Shown: positions 21,879-35,220, counted from the stretch's first letter. The stretch: 64,000 nt of DNA from Heptranchias perlo (GCF_035084215.1 NC_090349.1:9114001-9178000); one strand, 5' to 3'. Numbers and translations: made by a program. Notes: a model not told the origin generated them from the sequence alone.

Positions 21879-24075
21879 TCAACAACAACTTGCATTTATG
21901 TAACGCTTTTAACGTAACGTAGGCGTCACAAGGAAGCCACGGGAGGAAATAATGGGGTAGAAATTCGTTTGGGCCTGTTTTCGAGCCTCCCGAAATTGGG
22001 CCTCGGGCATTATCTACAACATCGGGGCGAGATGCCTCCCGATCGCGGAACCACAGGCAGGTCACCGGAGGAGAGAAATTCATTTCGTAGGTTCCCAGAA
22101 GGGCTTGCATTGATGAACAGGCCGCGGGGGGAGGGGTCACCAGGTCTGTGGACTCAGGGGAAGCACTGCTGCTTATCCTGGCTACACAGAATATATTTTA
22201 AACTTTTCTTTAGTTGGCCGCCGCAGGGGCAACTGAAGAATCCTGAGCTGAGCATGCTGGATCGCTGCTTCCCTCATCAGGAACACATTTCGTTGAGGGG
22301 TCCTTCAACAGGTGTTAGGCCGCTCATTAATATATTTAAGGTCCCAAACTCCTCTTAAAAAACTAGCAGAAAGACCAACGCCTGCACAGCTTGGGCGTAG
22401 TCTGTCACTGCTAAATTAGTATGCTTTGCGCCCATATTACGCCCGGAAAACAGGCTCAAGGCATACCAATTCCTACCCCGTTAGGAGTGGTGACCAAAAG
22501 CTTGGCCAGAAGTGGGTTTTAAGGAGGGTCTTGAAAAAGGAGAGGCAGGTGGAGAGGCTAAGGTAGTGAATTCCAGACCATAGAGCCGAGATGGCTGAAG
22601 GCACAGCTCCCATTCGTGGCAGGAAGGGAATGGAGGATGTAGAAGGTACCGAGTTAGAGACTTGCAGATTGCACGGAGTGCTATAGGGTTGGAAGTCGTT
22701 ATAGAGATACAGTGAGGTGAGGCCAGGAAGGGATTTAAATATGTGGATAACAATTTTAAATTTGAGTCATTCGATGACCACGCACAAATCTAGGTCAGCG
22801 AGCACAGCTTAATGGTTGAGCGGAACTTAATGCAGAGTATTGGATGTGCTGAGGAATATGGAGCTTCGAGAATGTGCGTTCGGCCGGGAGAGCAATGAAA
22901 TCGTCTGCAGGTGAAAAAGACAAGGATCGGGGTTTCAGCAGCAGATGGACTGAGGCAGGGGCGGAGGCGGGTGATTTTTCAAAGGCAGAGACGGCGGCCT
23001 TTGTGATGTAGACAATATGTGGTTGAAAGCTCAGCTCCAATTCAAATAGGATGCCGAAGTTACAAACAGTCTGGTTCAACCTGAGACCAAAGAAAGGTGG
23101 AAGCGGTTGGGAGCATAAAGATTTTGTGGTTGGGCTGAACACAGTGGTTTTGGTCATGCCAACTGGACGGAATTGTGGCTCATCCAGGACTGGACTAAAA
23201 CAAGCAGTATGACAATGCAGAGCCATAGCAGGGGTCGAGCTTGGTGCTGGAGAGTTAGAGCAGTATGGATGTGGTACCTGAACCCATGTCTTCAGATAAT
23301 GTCGCCAAGTAGCAGGCAGGTAGGTGAGGAAGAGGAGGAGCCCAAAAGCAGATCCTTGGGGGGACCCAGCGGTAGGTTGGAAGTGGGTAAAGAATCCATT
23401 GCTGGAGATAGTCTGGCAACGATTGGATAGATAACAGTGGAACGAAGGGAAGGTAGACCCACCTAGGTGAACAACAGAGAAGAGGCATTGGAGGAGGATG
23501 GCGTGGTCAACCATGTCAAAGGCTGCAGAGGGGTCGAGAAGAACAAGGACCATTGTCACAGTCAAAGAGGATGTCATTTGTGACTTTGGTTAGCGTAATT
23601 TTAGTGTTGTGGAAATCTGACTGTAGAGATTCAAATGCGGAATTGCAGAAAATATAGGCATGTATTTTGGAGGTCACAACATGTTCAAGGACTTTGGAGT
23701 GGAAAGGGAGGTTGGATATGGAGCAGTAATATGCAAGGACAAAGGGATCAAGGGGTTATTTGAGGAGAGAAATGATAATAGCAGTTTTCAAAGGGAGGGG
23801 GACAGTGCTTGTGGAGAGGTAACCACTTACAATATTAGCTAGCATGGGGTTAGAATGGAAGTTAGGTGGTCAGCAGGTTAGTAAGAATGTGTCAAGGGAG
23901 CAAAACGTAGGTCTCATGGACAAGGTGAGCTTAGAGAAAGTATGAGGGGAAACGCGAGAGAAACTAGACAATGATATGGTTGCAGGGCTAGGAAAAGTTG
24001 AAGGGGAAAGCAGTGGAGACAGCTGAACGAACGGCTTAAATGTTAATTGAAAAAAGTTCATGAGCTCATCACACT
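21879..24075 (-). mobile_element. L2-type LINE, decayed, interrupted by a MITE at 21954-22479
   Basis: VLLDPSAAFDMVDH and GSPQGS on the minus strand; L2-like 3' end ...ATAAATGCAAGTTGTTG at 21880-21900. Confidence 0.8.
21954..22479. mobile_element. Non-autonomous TIR element inserted in L2 (also 39547-40074 and 62876-63401)
   Basis: GGGGTAGAAATT...AATTCCTACCCC termini; GC-rich interior. Confidence 0.6.
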
Positions 24076-24339
24076 AGTCTAAGGCAAGTTAATAGAGGAA
24101 TATGTTGATTTGAACTAAATCGCAGGACCTACTACTTCCAAATTACCAGTGTATTGTCAGGAAATATATGCCACTACAGGCAGCATCATAATCTCCATGC
24201 AGGCTCATTCTGCTGCATAGGTAGGCTCAACATGCATGATCGCTCCGCCAGTTACACCCGCATATTGGAGCCTATTTGATATTCCTTTTTCACCAAAGTA
24301 AAAACCTCTACAATCAGAATAAATGGTGCCGGACAGCTG

Positions 24340-25363
24340 TGCAAAGGGAATGCGACCAAATCTTTGGGGCCTGATGAGTTGTATCTGAGGATTCTCAAGG
24401 AATTATGGGAGTAAATTGAAGGAACTCCAGCATCAATATTCCAGAAATCACCGAATACTGGAGAGGTCCTGGGTACTGTAGAAAGTCAGATATTTTTGAA
24501 AAGGCGGCAATAGTGAGGAAGGGTACGACAGGCCAGTGAATTTGCCCTCCATTGTGGGTAGAGCTACGAAAACCCTTACTAAAGATAAGATCATGGAGCA
24601 TCTGGGTAGAACTAAAATCATGAAAGGTCCCCAATATGGGCTCTTGCAGGGCAGGTCTTGCCAATCTAACTTACTATTTTTCTTTGAGGGTGTGACAAAG
24701 GAGCTTGATCGAGGTACGGCAGTGTATGCAGTGTACTTGCATTTCATACAGTTCCTCTGAAAAGGCTGGTGCTGAAAATAAAGAATGCAGGAATCAGTGG
24801 GAATATTTTACAGTGGATATGTATTTGGTAGATCGATAAAGCCCAAAGGGCGGTGATACACGGATTGTTATCAGCCTGGGCGAATGTTACCACTGCAGCC
24901 ACGGGCACAAAGGCTAAATTTGTAGCTGATACAAAGCTAATTAAGTTGGTAGACTCCAACGCTGAACAGGATAAGAAAGAAAAAAAGAAATAGGAGCAGG
25001 AGTAGGCCATACGGTCCCTCGAGCCTGCTCCATCATTCAATAAGATCGTGGCTGACCTTCGACCTCAACTCCACCTTCCCGCCCGATCCTCATGTCCCTT
25101 GGTTCCCCTAGGATGAGATACACGAGGGTTTGAATATACTTGAAAATTGGGAGACAGGTGACGGATGAATGTCAATACAGAGAAATGCAAAGTGCTTCAT
25201 ATAGGGACTCAAAAACACGGGAAAGAAGGAAGGTCTAATTGTTAGAGGTTGATTGCTATGAATAGTCAACTACTCGATTATCATTGATCATGCGAGTATC
25301 AGGATGGTAGAAGGAGAATTAGATGGACCGTGGTCTTTTTTCGTCTACCAATTCCTATGTTCC
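24340..25363 (+). mobile_element. Old fragmented CR1-type LINE with an antisense CR1 3' tail inserted at ~24970-25110
   Basis: QYGLLQGRSCQSNLL, EKCKVLHIG fragments; tail ATTCCTATGTTCCT. Its end also occupies window positions 1-121. Confidence 0.7.
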
Positions 25364-26739
25364 TAAACGTAAATTAATAAATACACTATAATTACAACAG
25401 ATAATGAGGAAATATTCAAAAAAGAAATGATAAGAAAGGAATAATCAGCAAGAAAAACAAATTCCAAAACGAAAGGCGGTGGGAAGCGATAACTAGCAGG
25501 AGATGTCATCGATGTCGAACGGCAAAAACAAAAAAAAATGTTCATGATGGAAAGGTGAGAGTAAGAACACTAACGGACAGCCAAAGGAAACGAGTGAAAA
25601 TTGGGAAGTGGCATGAGGTAGAGAACGCAACAATTGATACGAGAGACTGGAAAGATCGATTGATTAATAAAACACGAACATGGAGCAGGGGATTAGCCAC
25701 TACTTAAGGAGGTTCAAATGATTGAGCAAGTTATCCGTGTTAACAATATTAAGCAAAGTACGATACGAGTACGGTAGCATACGAAGTGTAGGTATAGTAA
25801 TTATAGGGTTAACAGGCTAAATTCCAGGTCCGGTCAGCAAAAGCTGTAAACTAAGAAATCTTGTGGGAAAGAGGTGAGAAAGAAATATGAAGTGGTGGCC
25901 GGACTCCAAGATGTCTGGTGGAGAAGTGATAAGCGTCAGGGTTGAGTGAAGGTTTGGACATGAGAAATGTCTTACGAGATAAGGTAGTACAGAAGTGCGA
26001 GGCCAGCCTTATTGTTCAGGCATGTGAAACGTCCAGCCAACAATACTGCAATACGCATGCAGGGTAAGGGGGCGTGGCCTACGTGACCCCGGGAATACTC
26101 ACGTATTACCCCGACGTACGTCAGAACCTCACCTCGCGTAGTTTTAAGGTACTCACCCTACGTTAATCCTACACATTGAACAGTATAAAGATAAATGCAC
26201 CAGTACACCTCAGGAACTCTAACTAGTCTTGCACTGGGCTACTGTATGCAGTCAGAGGACTCAGTTTGCGAACTTCCGACGAGTTCCTTACTTGTGGGTA
26301 TAAAATTGATACCAATCTCATAAGTACCGCGTATGTTGGAGATGTATCATTTGATAAATGAAGTGTAGTGATCAGCTATCTTTCTGTCCTTTGAGTCCAC
26401 GAGCCATATCCTTAAAAGGGTAAGGATTGTCCTAAAGTACTGGCGACAGCGGCAGATAAATGAGCATTTGAATGTTTAGTTTGGGACTGGCCACCTCTTC
26501 CAAGGCAGAATTCACATATTACCAGATTCGGGTTTTAGAATGGAGAAACTGGGGGAATACGTAAATCGGTACATGAAACGACAGGACCCCGGAAGGCAGG
26601 AGATCTGGTGGCGAAAGCCGCCTTCTTGAACCAATTAGCCCAGATTCTCGAAAACGATTTCTTGGATACCCCCAAGAAGGACTGGACTGAAGTTGCCCTC
26701 ATACAAAAATTGTTTTCCGTTGCTAAGGCTCTGTCGGAC
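25364..26739 (+). mobile_element. LTR-retroelement/ERV remnant, unit 2 copy
   Basis: Homologous to 122-1447; TATAAA 26184-26189; PBS TGGCGACAGCGGCAG at 26441. Confidence 0.5.
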
Positions 26740-27012
26740 GGGTACGAGAGTGTAGTGGTTATATTACTGGACTAGCAATCCAAAGGCCTAGACTAATAAT
26801 CCAGAGACTATGAGTTCCAATGCCACCATGGTAGTTTGACAATTTGAACTCTTCTAAAAAACTGGAATTAAAAGATGGTACCAGTAAAAGTGACTTTGAA
26901 GCTGTTGGAGTGTGTATAAACCCACTGGTCCATCACTGTCCTTTAGCTAAGGAAAACTACCACCCTTACCCAGTCTGGCCTATATGTGATTCCAATTCCA
27001 CGCTGTAAGGTT
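26740..27012 (+). mobile_element. tRNA-derived SINE, unit 2
   Basis: A-box-like GTGTAGTGG, B-box-like GAGTTCCAATGCC, body ...CCCTTACCCAGTCTGGCCTATATGTGATTCCA. Confidence 0.6.
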
Positions 27013-29122
27013 TTTTCTTTCCTTACTGGGCTTCAAAGGTAAGAAACAACGAAGACTGACTCAAGAATGTCTTAAAACATTCCAAATAATTTTATTAACA
27101 ATAAAACTCACGACAGTTCTCCAGATTGGGTGCATCCCTTAAATAGAATGGCTTGCTGAACAGAGTGACGACGGGAATTTGGTGAGAGTGGGAATTCTCT
27201 GGTAAGTAGTGGGTGAGCAGTACAGAAAATTTGCTTTTATCAAACTAAAATTTAGTTAGTTTTCTCATGTAAAACAAGCTTTAAAAACCGCCAGTCTGTT
27301 GCAGTCGAAGTAATTGGGTCCCTCACCAGGTTTTAAGTATTGTGTTTGGAATACAATAATTAAGACCTAGTCAGGGGCCCAATTACGTTGACTGACTAGC
27401 TGCATCTAGTGTATTTCCGAAGGTATATATTAGAGGGATATCTGCAAAAGTACAGAGCTGCAGCACACAGCTGGGCGAGAGTAGCGTCAATCAGCTAAAC
27501 AAGTGGTTTGCTAAATAGAGTGACAACAGGAATTTGGTGAAGATGGGAATTACGCGCAGAGGGGAAGAAGGTATCCCTGATACCTGTGAGGATAAGGAGG
27601 AGGATTGCGCTTAGGACAGCCACAATACTGACCTTGACACTGTAAAGCAGAGGGCTGTTCAAAGCGGGGAGGAGCAGAATGGAAACGTAGTATTATAGGG
27701 GATTCAACAATTAGGGGGATAGATAGCATCCTCTGCAGCGACAATCGAGAATCCCGAAGGATGTGTTGACTAACTGGTCCCAGGGAGAGGGATACCTCGA
27801 TGCAGCTGGAAAGGAATTTGAAAAGTGAGGTGGAAAATTCAGTTGTTGTGGACCATGTTGGGACCAATGGCACAGCGAGAAATAAAGGAGGTAGTCCTGC
27901 TGAGGGAGTATCAGAAATTAGGAGCTAAATTAAAAGGCAGGACCTCAAGGGTGGTAATGTCAGGATTATTACCCAAGCCACGTGCTAAATGGCATAGGGA
28001 AAAACAGATCAGGAAGGTGAACACGTGGCTAATGGAGTGGTGTGAGAAGGAGTGGTTCCATTTCATGGGACACTGGCACCAAACTGGCACAGGAGGGAAC
28101 TGTACCGTTGGGTCAGGATGCACCGGAACCGGGCCGGGACCAAGGTCCTTGTGGAAAGGATAAATAGAGTTGTAAAAGGGCTTTAAATTAGTAAATGGAG
28201 GGTGGGTTCAGTCAGAAACAATCGTAAAAATGAAAGTTTAAAGATGAAAAAAATGGATAAGAGCAGAGTTCAGGTCACAAGGTGATATAGATGCTCCAGG
28301 TGAAGGATATACTAAAATAACTGAAGTAGCTGCAGCGGGAGTGACAAATAAGAAATGAGTTAAATTAAACAACGTGAGAAAGGCAGGATCAGAGCAGAAG
28401 GGCAGTTTAGGGTCGCTTGCCCAAATAAGAATTTATACACTAACGCATGGAGTATAACAAATAAATTGAATGAATTAGAGTCTCATACAGCTTACAGGGT
28501 ATGACATGGTGGCCATTATTGAGACATGAATGTAAGCTAGTCGTAATTGGGAGCTTATAGGGTTTTTAGAAAGGATAAGGAAACTGGAAGAGGATGGATA
28601 ACCTTATTGATTAAAGATACTGTTACAACATTAGTAAGAGATAATATAGGTAAGGGATAGCAATCAGAGGAGACTCTATGGTTAGAATTGAGGAATAAGA
28701 GAGAACTTAAAACTTCAATGGAAGTTGCCTACCGGCCTCCTGGCAGCAGCAATGAAGTGGCAGAATGTATTAATTCAGAGACTAGAAAGGCTTGTAGCAA
28801 ATGCGGAGTTGTTTTAATAGGAGACTTTAATTTTCATATGGATTGGGAAGAGCAGAATAGCTCAAGTCAAAAATGTAGTGAATTTCTTGAGTGCATTCGA
28901 GATAGTTTTCGAGAGCAATATGTTCTAGACCCAACAAGAGGGCAGGTTACACTAGATTTAGTAATAAGTAATGAGCCAGATTTGGTTAATAATCTAACAG
29001 GAAGGGAACATTTATCTAATAGTGATCATAATATGATCGAATTCAATGTTAAGTTTGAAAAGGAGAAACTTAACATGGTTACTAAGATTCTTGATTTTAG
29101 TAATGCTAACTTTAACGTATAA

Positions 29123-29323
29123 TGATGTGGAGATGCCGGTGATGGACTGGGGTGGACAAATGTAAGGAGTCGCACAACAGCAGGTTATAGTCCAACAGCT
29201 TTATTTGACATCACAAGCTTTTGGAGCTTTGCTCCTTCACCTGACGAAGGAGCAAAGCTCTGAAAGCTTGTGATTTCAAATAAAGCTGTTGGACTATAAC
29301 CTGCTTTTGTGCGACTCCTTACA
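29123..29323. mobile_element. Penelope-like element terminal fragment, inverted (palindromic), 12-bp TSD
   Basis: TTTAACGTATAA at 29111-29122 and 29324-29335; 29158-29238 is the inverted copy of 29246-29326; absent from the matching site at ~49100. Confidence 0.75.
29237..29273 (+). ncRNA. Minimal type I hammerhead ribozyme motif
   Basis: TCAC-CTGACGA-A-GGAGC-AAA-GCTCT-GAAA-GC-TT-GTGA: core CUGANGA and GAAA, stem II, palindromic stem III (AGCU), stem I UCAC/GUGA. Confidence 0.65.
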
Positions 29324-32164
29324 TTTAACGTATAAAGCAGAGACCAAAGACAACAAACTGGTGAAAACTGTTTTCTGGTAAAACTGCAGATGAACTGTGG
29401 GAGGTGTTCAAAAATAATTTAGCTTAATACAGGACCATTATATACCCAGAAGGGGCAAAAGCATTTCTTACCAAATAAAACAGCCACGGTCGACAACATA
29501 ACATAAAACTAAAGGAAAGACTATATAAAAGTGCACAGAATAATTTAGATCCAGGGGATTGGGGGAGATATGAAGAACAGCAAGGGAAGGTAAAAAAGAT
29601 AGTAAGAGCTGCAAACAGGGAATACAAAAAGAAACCTGCGAGGGATAGCAAGATTAACACGTAAAGATTTTACAATTATATTAGAAGAAAATGGGTAGTC
29701 AAGGGTAATGTGGCCCTTTAAAAACAGATGCGGGTAACGTTACAAATGAAAATAAGTAAATGGCAAACTTGTTGAATAATTACTTTTTGTCAGAAATCAC
29801 AGTAGTGGAAGAGGATAATATACCTGACATTCCCGTGAGACTAATAATGAATCAAGGAATGGAACTCACTAACGTTAACGTTAGCAAGAAAAGAATATTA
29901 GAAAAATTAATGATACTAAAGACTAACAAATCCCCAGCACCTGATGGTTTCCACCCCAGAGTTTTAAAGGAAGTAAGTGAGGAAATTGCAGACGCTTTAG
30001 CCATAACCTTCCAAAGCTCTCTCGATTCAGGAATTGTCCCTTTAGATTGGAAAAATGTAAATGTAATTCCTGATGTAAGAACGGTGGGAGAGAGAGAGAA
30101 ACCAGGAAATTATGGAACGTTTAGTCCAACATCTGTTACGGGGAAGTTATTAGAATCTATAAATAAGGAAAAAGTGCCTCAACACGGAGAGAAATTTGAG
30201 CTGATTGGAAAGAGCCATCATGGATTTGTAAAGGGTAGAACATGTCTAATGAATCAAATTGAATTTTTTGAGGAAGTAACTAAAGTCGTAGACAGGGGAA
30301 TGTCTATGGATATAGTTACATGGATTACCAGAAAGTATTCGATAACGTTCCACATAATAGACTGTTAGCTAAAATTAAAGCTCATGGAATTGAAGGAAAA
30401 TTACTGACCTGGTTATGACTTTTGTTAGATGGTGGAAAACTGAGAGTTGGGATAATGGGTATGTAATGGGTATGATTTGGAAGTAAGTGAATAGTGGTTC
30501 CCTCAAGGGCGTGTGCTGGGGCAAAAACTGTTCACTATATTTATTAATGTCTTAGATATTACAATAGAGAGCCATATATCCAAGTTTTGCCGATGACACA
30601 AAGATTGGTTTCATAGTATGTAGTGTCGATGGGAGCATACAATTACACAGGCAGTGATAGATCAAGTGAGTGGGCAAACTGTGGCAGTTGGAATTCAACG
30701 CAGGTAAGTGTGAGGCCGCCCATTTTGGACCAGAAAAGGATAGATCCGAGTATGTTTTAAATGATGAATGGTTAGGAACAGTGAGATCCAAAGAGATTTG
30801 GGGATCCATGTACACAGATCACTAAATGCACAAAAAAAATCAAAAAGTCTACTGGAATGTCAGCTTTTATAACTCGAGGGCTAGAATATAAAGGGGGGGG
30901 GTTCGACAGCTATACAAGGCCCTGTTTAGACCACATCTGGTGTAATGTGTTCAGTTCTGGGCACCATATCTTTGAAAGGATATATTGGCCTTGGAAGGAG
31001 TGCAGCGCAGATTCACCAATATATTACCAGGGCTCCATGGGTTTGAATATGAGGAGAAATTACATAAACAAGTCTTGTATTCCATGGAATATAAAAAGTT
31101 AAGAGGTGATTTCATTGGGGTTTTTCGGATTTTAAAAGGAATTGATAGGGTAGATAGAGAGAAACCTTTTTTCGCTGATGGGGGTGTCTATAAGAAGGAG
31201 ACATAACATTAAATTCAGAGCGAGGCCATTCCGGACAGAAGTGAGGAAACACTTCGTTACGCAAAGAGTGGTAGACGTGTGGAACTCACACCACAAAATG
31301 CTAGCTCAATTAATAATTTTAAATCTGAGATCGATAGATTTTTGCAAGCCAAGGGTATCAAGGGATATGGAGCCAAGGTGGGCCGATGGAGTTAGGCTAA
31401 AGGTCAGCCATGATCTCATTGAATGGCGGAACAGGCTCGAGGGGCTGAATGGCCTTCTCCTGTTCCTATTTTGCTATATTCCAATAAAGATTCCATACAA
31501 CCTTATGTGGGAAGTACAGCCCAGAAGCAAGATGATCATATCCTTCTCCTGAGAGAATGAAGGGATTAATTGTTTGTCGACAACTTCTTATTTAAACGCT
31601 GCTTGTGGTCTCCTGAAAACTCTGCCTGTTTTTACATCTGTTTTGCTCTTTATCTGTTGCTGGGCAGAATAATTTGTTGTTTTCCTTTCAGTTCTCACAG
31701 TCCAGCAGACAGCTGTCTTATATTTAACTTGGTTATCTCTCATTGTCAGCAGAACGAGTCAGTCCCCTTGGCTACAGACTGACGTCTTAAGGCAGTTTGG
31801 AGCAAGATCCAGCATGTAATCTACTGCGATAGGCTTTGCTCTGTTTGTCTTTGACATTAATTGAATTGTTTTGTATGTTGCAGTTTAACTTTCTGACTGA
31901 ATTATTTACACAGAATATAATAATTACTACAACAGGAAATTCGTGTTTAACTAACTTGATTGAGTTCTATGATGAAGTATGGAGAGATTTGATGAGGGTC
32001 GTGCGGTTGATGTTGTGAAAATGGATTCAATCAGAAGAGATGTAAAACGGACTGTCGATTCGATAACAACTGTTTTAAACTGTCGCGCAAAATATACCGC
32101 ATGTTGCACTTGGACTACGCTTGGTCTTTACTGCCCATGCACAACGCCATGGGCGATCGTCTAG

Positions 32165-33995
32165 TATCATCGAATCATAAGAATCATAGAACGTTACGGC
32201 ACAGAGGGCGGCCTTTTGGCCCATCGTGTCCATGTCGGCCGAGAAAGAGCCATCCAGCTTAAGCGAACTTTCCAGCACTTACTCCGTAGTCATGTAGTTT
32301 ACAGCACCTCAACTGATCATCGAAGTACTTCTTAAATGAGTTGAGGGTTTCTGTCTCTACCACCCTTTCAGGCAGTGAGTTCCAGACCCTTACCAGCCTC
32401 TAGGTGAAAAAAAGTCTCCTCAGCTCCCCTCTAATCCTTCTACAATTACTTTAAATCTATGTCCCTTGGTTGACTGACCCCGCTGTTAAGGGAAATAGGT
32501 CCTCCCTATCCACTCTATCTCGTCCTGTCATAATTTTTTGCCCCAATTAAATCTCCCCTCAGCCTCCTTTGTTCCAAAGAAAACAAACCATGCCTTTCCA
32601 ATCTTTTCTCATAGCTAAAATTCTCCTGCCCTGGCAACATCCTCATAAATCTCCTCTGCACCCTCTCTAGTGCAATCTTTCCTGTAATGTGTTGACCAGA
32701 ACTGTACGCAGTCCTCAAGCTGTGGCCGAACCAATGTTTTATACAGTTCTAGCATAACCTCCCTGCTCTTCTATTCTATGCCTCGGCTAATAAAGGAACG
32801 TGTCCTATATGACGTTTTAACCACCTTGTCTCCCTGTCCTGCTAACTTCAGGGATCTTTGGATGTGCATTCCAAGGTCTATCACTTCGTCGACACCTCTC
32901 AGTATCCTCCCATTTATTGCATACTCCCTTGCCATTTTTGTGCTCCCCAAGTGCATTACCTTACACTTCTCTGGATTGAATTCCATTTGCCACTTTTCTG
33001 CCCACCTGACCAGTCCATTGATATCTTCCTGCAGTCTACAGCTTTCCTCCTCACTATCAACCACACGGCAAACTTTGGTATCATCTGCAAACTTCTTGAT
33101 CAAGCCTCCTACATTCAAGTCCAAATAATTAATATATACCACAAAACGCAAAGGGCCTAGTATTGAGCCTTGAAAGATCCCACTTGAAACAGCCTTCCAG
33201 TCGCAAAAACACCCGTCAACCAATACACTTTGCTTCCTGCCACTGAGACAATTTTGAATCCAACTAGTCACTATCCCTTGGATCCCATGGACTTTTACTT
33301 TTTTGCCCAGTCAGCCATGTGGGACCTTGTCAAAAGCCTTGCAAAAATCCATGTACACTACATCAAACGCATTACCCACATCAAACCTCGTTGTCATCTG
33401 CTCAAAAAATTCAATCCAGTTCGTCAGACACGACTGTCCCTTGACAAATCCATGTTGACTGTCCTTGATTAACCTTTCTAAATGACGATTTATGCTGTCC
33501 CTCAGAATCGATTCCAATAATTTGCCGACCAGCGAGGTGAGACTGACTGGCTTATAATTACTCGGTCTATCTCTTTCTCCCTTTTTAAACAACAGTACAA
33601 CTTTCGCAGTCCCCCAATCCTCCAGCACCATGCCTATAGCCAGGGAGGATTGGAAAATGATGGTCAGAGCCTCCTAAATGTCCTCCCTTGCTTCTCTTAA
33701 TAATCTGGGATACACTTCATCCAGGCCTGGCGATTTATCTACTTTCAAAGATACTAATTCCCTTAATACTTGCTCTCTCACTATGCTTATCCTATCCAAC
33801 ATTTCACACTCCTTCTCCTTAACTACAATGTCTGCATCGCCCCCTCATTTATGAAGACAGACGCAAAGTATTCATTAAGAACCATACCCACATCTTCCGC
33901 CTCCACACATAGGTTACCTTTTTGGTCTCTAATAAGCCCTACTTTTTCCTTCGTTATCCTCTTGATCTTTATGTATTTAGAATTGGGTTTTCCTT
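32165..33995 (-). mobile_element. CR1-type LINE, 5'-truncated, ~1 kb upstream of gene 2 leader
   Basis: QGSILGP, KFADDTK, YMDFCKAFDKVPH on the minus strand; ATTCTTATG tail; absent at the matching site in unit 1 (~16400). Confidence 0.9.
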
Positions 33996-34886
33996 ACTAC
34001 ATATTAATTATACATCAATTATATAAAGTTTAAACACATAATATGTCAATAACATAATGTCAGACACAAGTAATAAAGTACCCAATATGGATTTAAGATA
34101 TGCAGAATTTATAATATCAAACACGAGACACCACCACAAGGTCCGACTCACTGTGACTTTAGAGCATTGTTTAAAACGTGCGATATCGACTTCGCCGTCC
34201 GTTAAACACCTCTTCCGAATTCCAATAGCAAAATAAGTGTCATTATTCCAAGTTCATGTGCTGTTAGCGTCCTTCTGACAAAAATTTGTTGCGCATTCTA
34301 ATAGAGCAGAGATATCAGGCACATTGAATATATACACGAGATAGTCAGAATCGTCTCCCAAAACTACATGCTCAAAAAGAATTGACAGTGAATTGTTTCA
34401 TCCGCCTGGTGCTTTCAATCAGAGATCTCCAATACCATCCCCAATAATAGCCCGTGAATTTTAAGATTTCAATATATATATAAATGTAAAATGATAATTG
34501 AACAAATCCTGCACAGAAAGCGGTCTGTCGTGAGGTCATGGTTCCGAAACGAATTTTTTAGATGAACATTTCAGGTGGAATATTTCTCTTCATTCTCCCT
34601 TGCAACTAAAATGGTCACGAATATTATGATATAAACATGGAAAGTGTTTTGAGATGTACAAGCACTGTTTTTAATTTAATTGCGCAGAAAGTGACGCAAT
34701 TAAATTAAAAATGCTACGGAGTAGGTTAAAATGAATTACAAAAATGTACGAGGTAAATTATTTCTATTTCTCTTTATGTTTATGAATAAATCAAACTACG
34801 GAAAAACACAAAACACGAATACAGTCCCTTATCATCATGGTAATTTGAGATTAATTCCACACTCAGTAAGAATCTGGCAGCTTCTG

Positions 34887-34960
34887 ATTGGCGTCAAGGT
34901 GCAGACTGATTTGCATAAATAAGGAGCACGCGGTAACACCCCTTCTCACGGTTGATAAGC
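34887..34960 (+). promoter_or_regulatory. Ig light chain promoter, copy 2
   Basis: ATTGG 34887-34891, TGGCGTCA, octamer ATTTGCAT 34909-34916. Confidence 0.85.
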
Positions 34961-35036
34961 AGAGTTCGAGGGGAAGTTTAGAACCCATTTCATCTGCACA
35001 TTGTCGCCGTGTCTGAGCTTCCTTAAATTTTTTACA

Positions 35037-35085
35037 ATGTCTTACTGGATCCGCATTGTCAGTACGCTGGTGTTTTGCGTTGCTT
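35037..35085 (+). CDS. Ig light chain leader exon, copy 2 (MSYWIRIVSTLVFCVA + 1 nt)
   Basis: ATG 35037, GTGAGT donor 35086; phase 1 matches the VJ exon. Confidence 0.9.
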
Positions 35086-35220
35086 GTGAGTATTTTAATT
35101 TCATCTCGTGATTGGACTTCATCTTATAAAATATTTGATGGCAAATTTCTTACCCAATTTTCATTACAAATGATTGCTCTCACTTTCCTGCCTCTTTTCT
35201 GATATTGCTCCTTCTTTCAG

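Larger units (their letters stand above)
1..25235 (+). repeat. Segmental tandem duplication unit 1 (boundary arbitrary, set by window start)
   Basis: Sequence at position 1 recurs at 25236 and 42584; the same order of elements and Ig exons is repeated. Confidence 0.85.
27100..31480 (+). mobile_element. Duplicated copy of the same CR1 LINE, unit 2 (5' part of ORF1 deleted)
   Basis: YRPPG, GDFNF, PDGFHPRVLKE, HHGFVKGRTCL; same 3' flank as 12465. Confidence 0.88.

Noticed and set aside
21400-22140. 246-aa minus-strand ORF 3' of C
   Set aside because: Runs through MITEs and an L2 tail, is broken in units 2 and 3, and has no recognisable domain.
26740-26830. Possible tRNA gene
   Set aside because: Degenerate A/B boxes, no clean cloverleaf, and continuity with a SINE body.
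27124-27551. ~60-bp direct repeat about 360 bp apart (also in units 1 and 3)
   Set aside because: Best explained as tandem monomers in the CR1 5' UTR, not a separate system.
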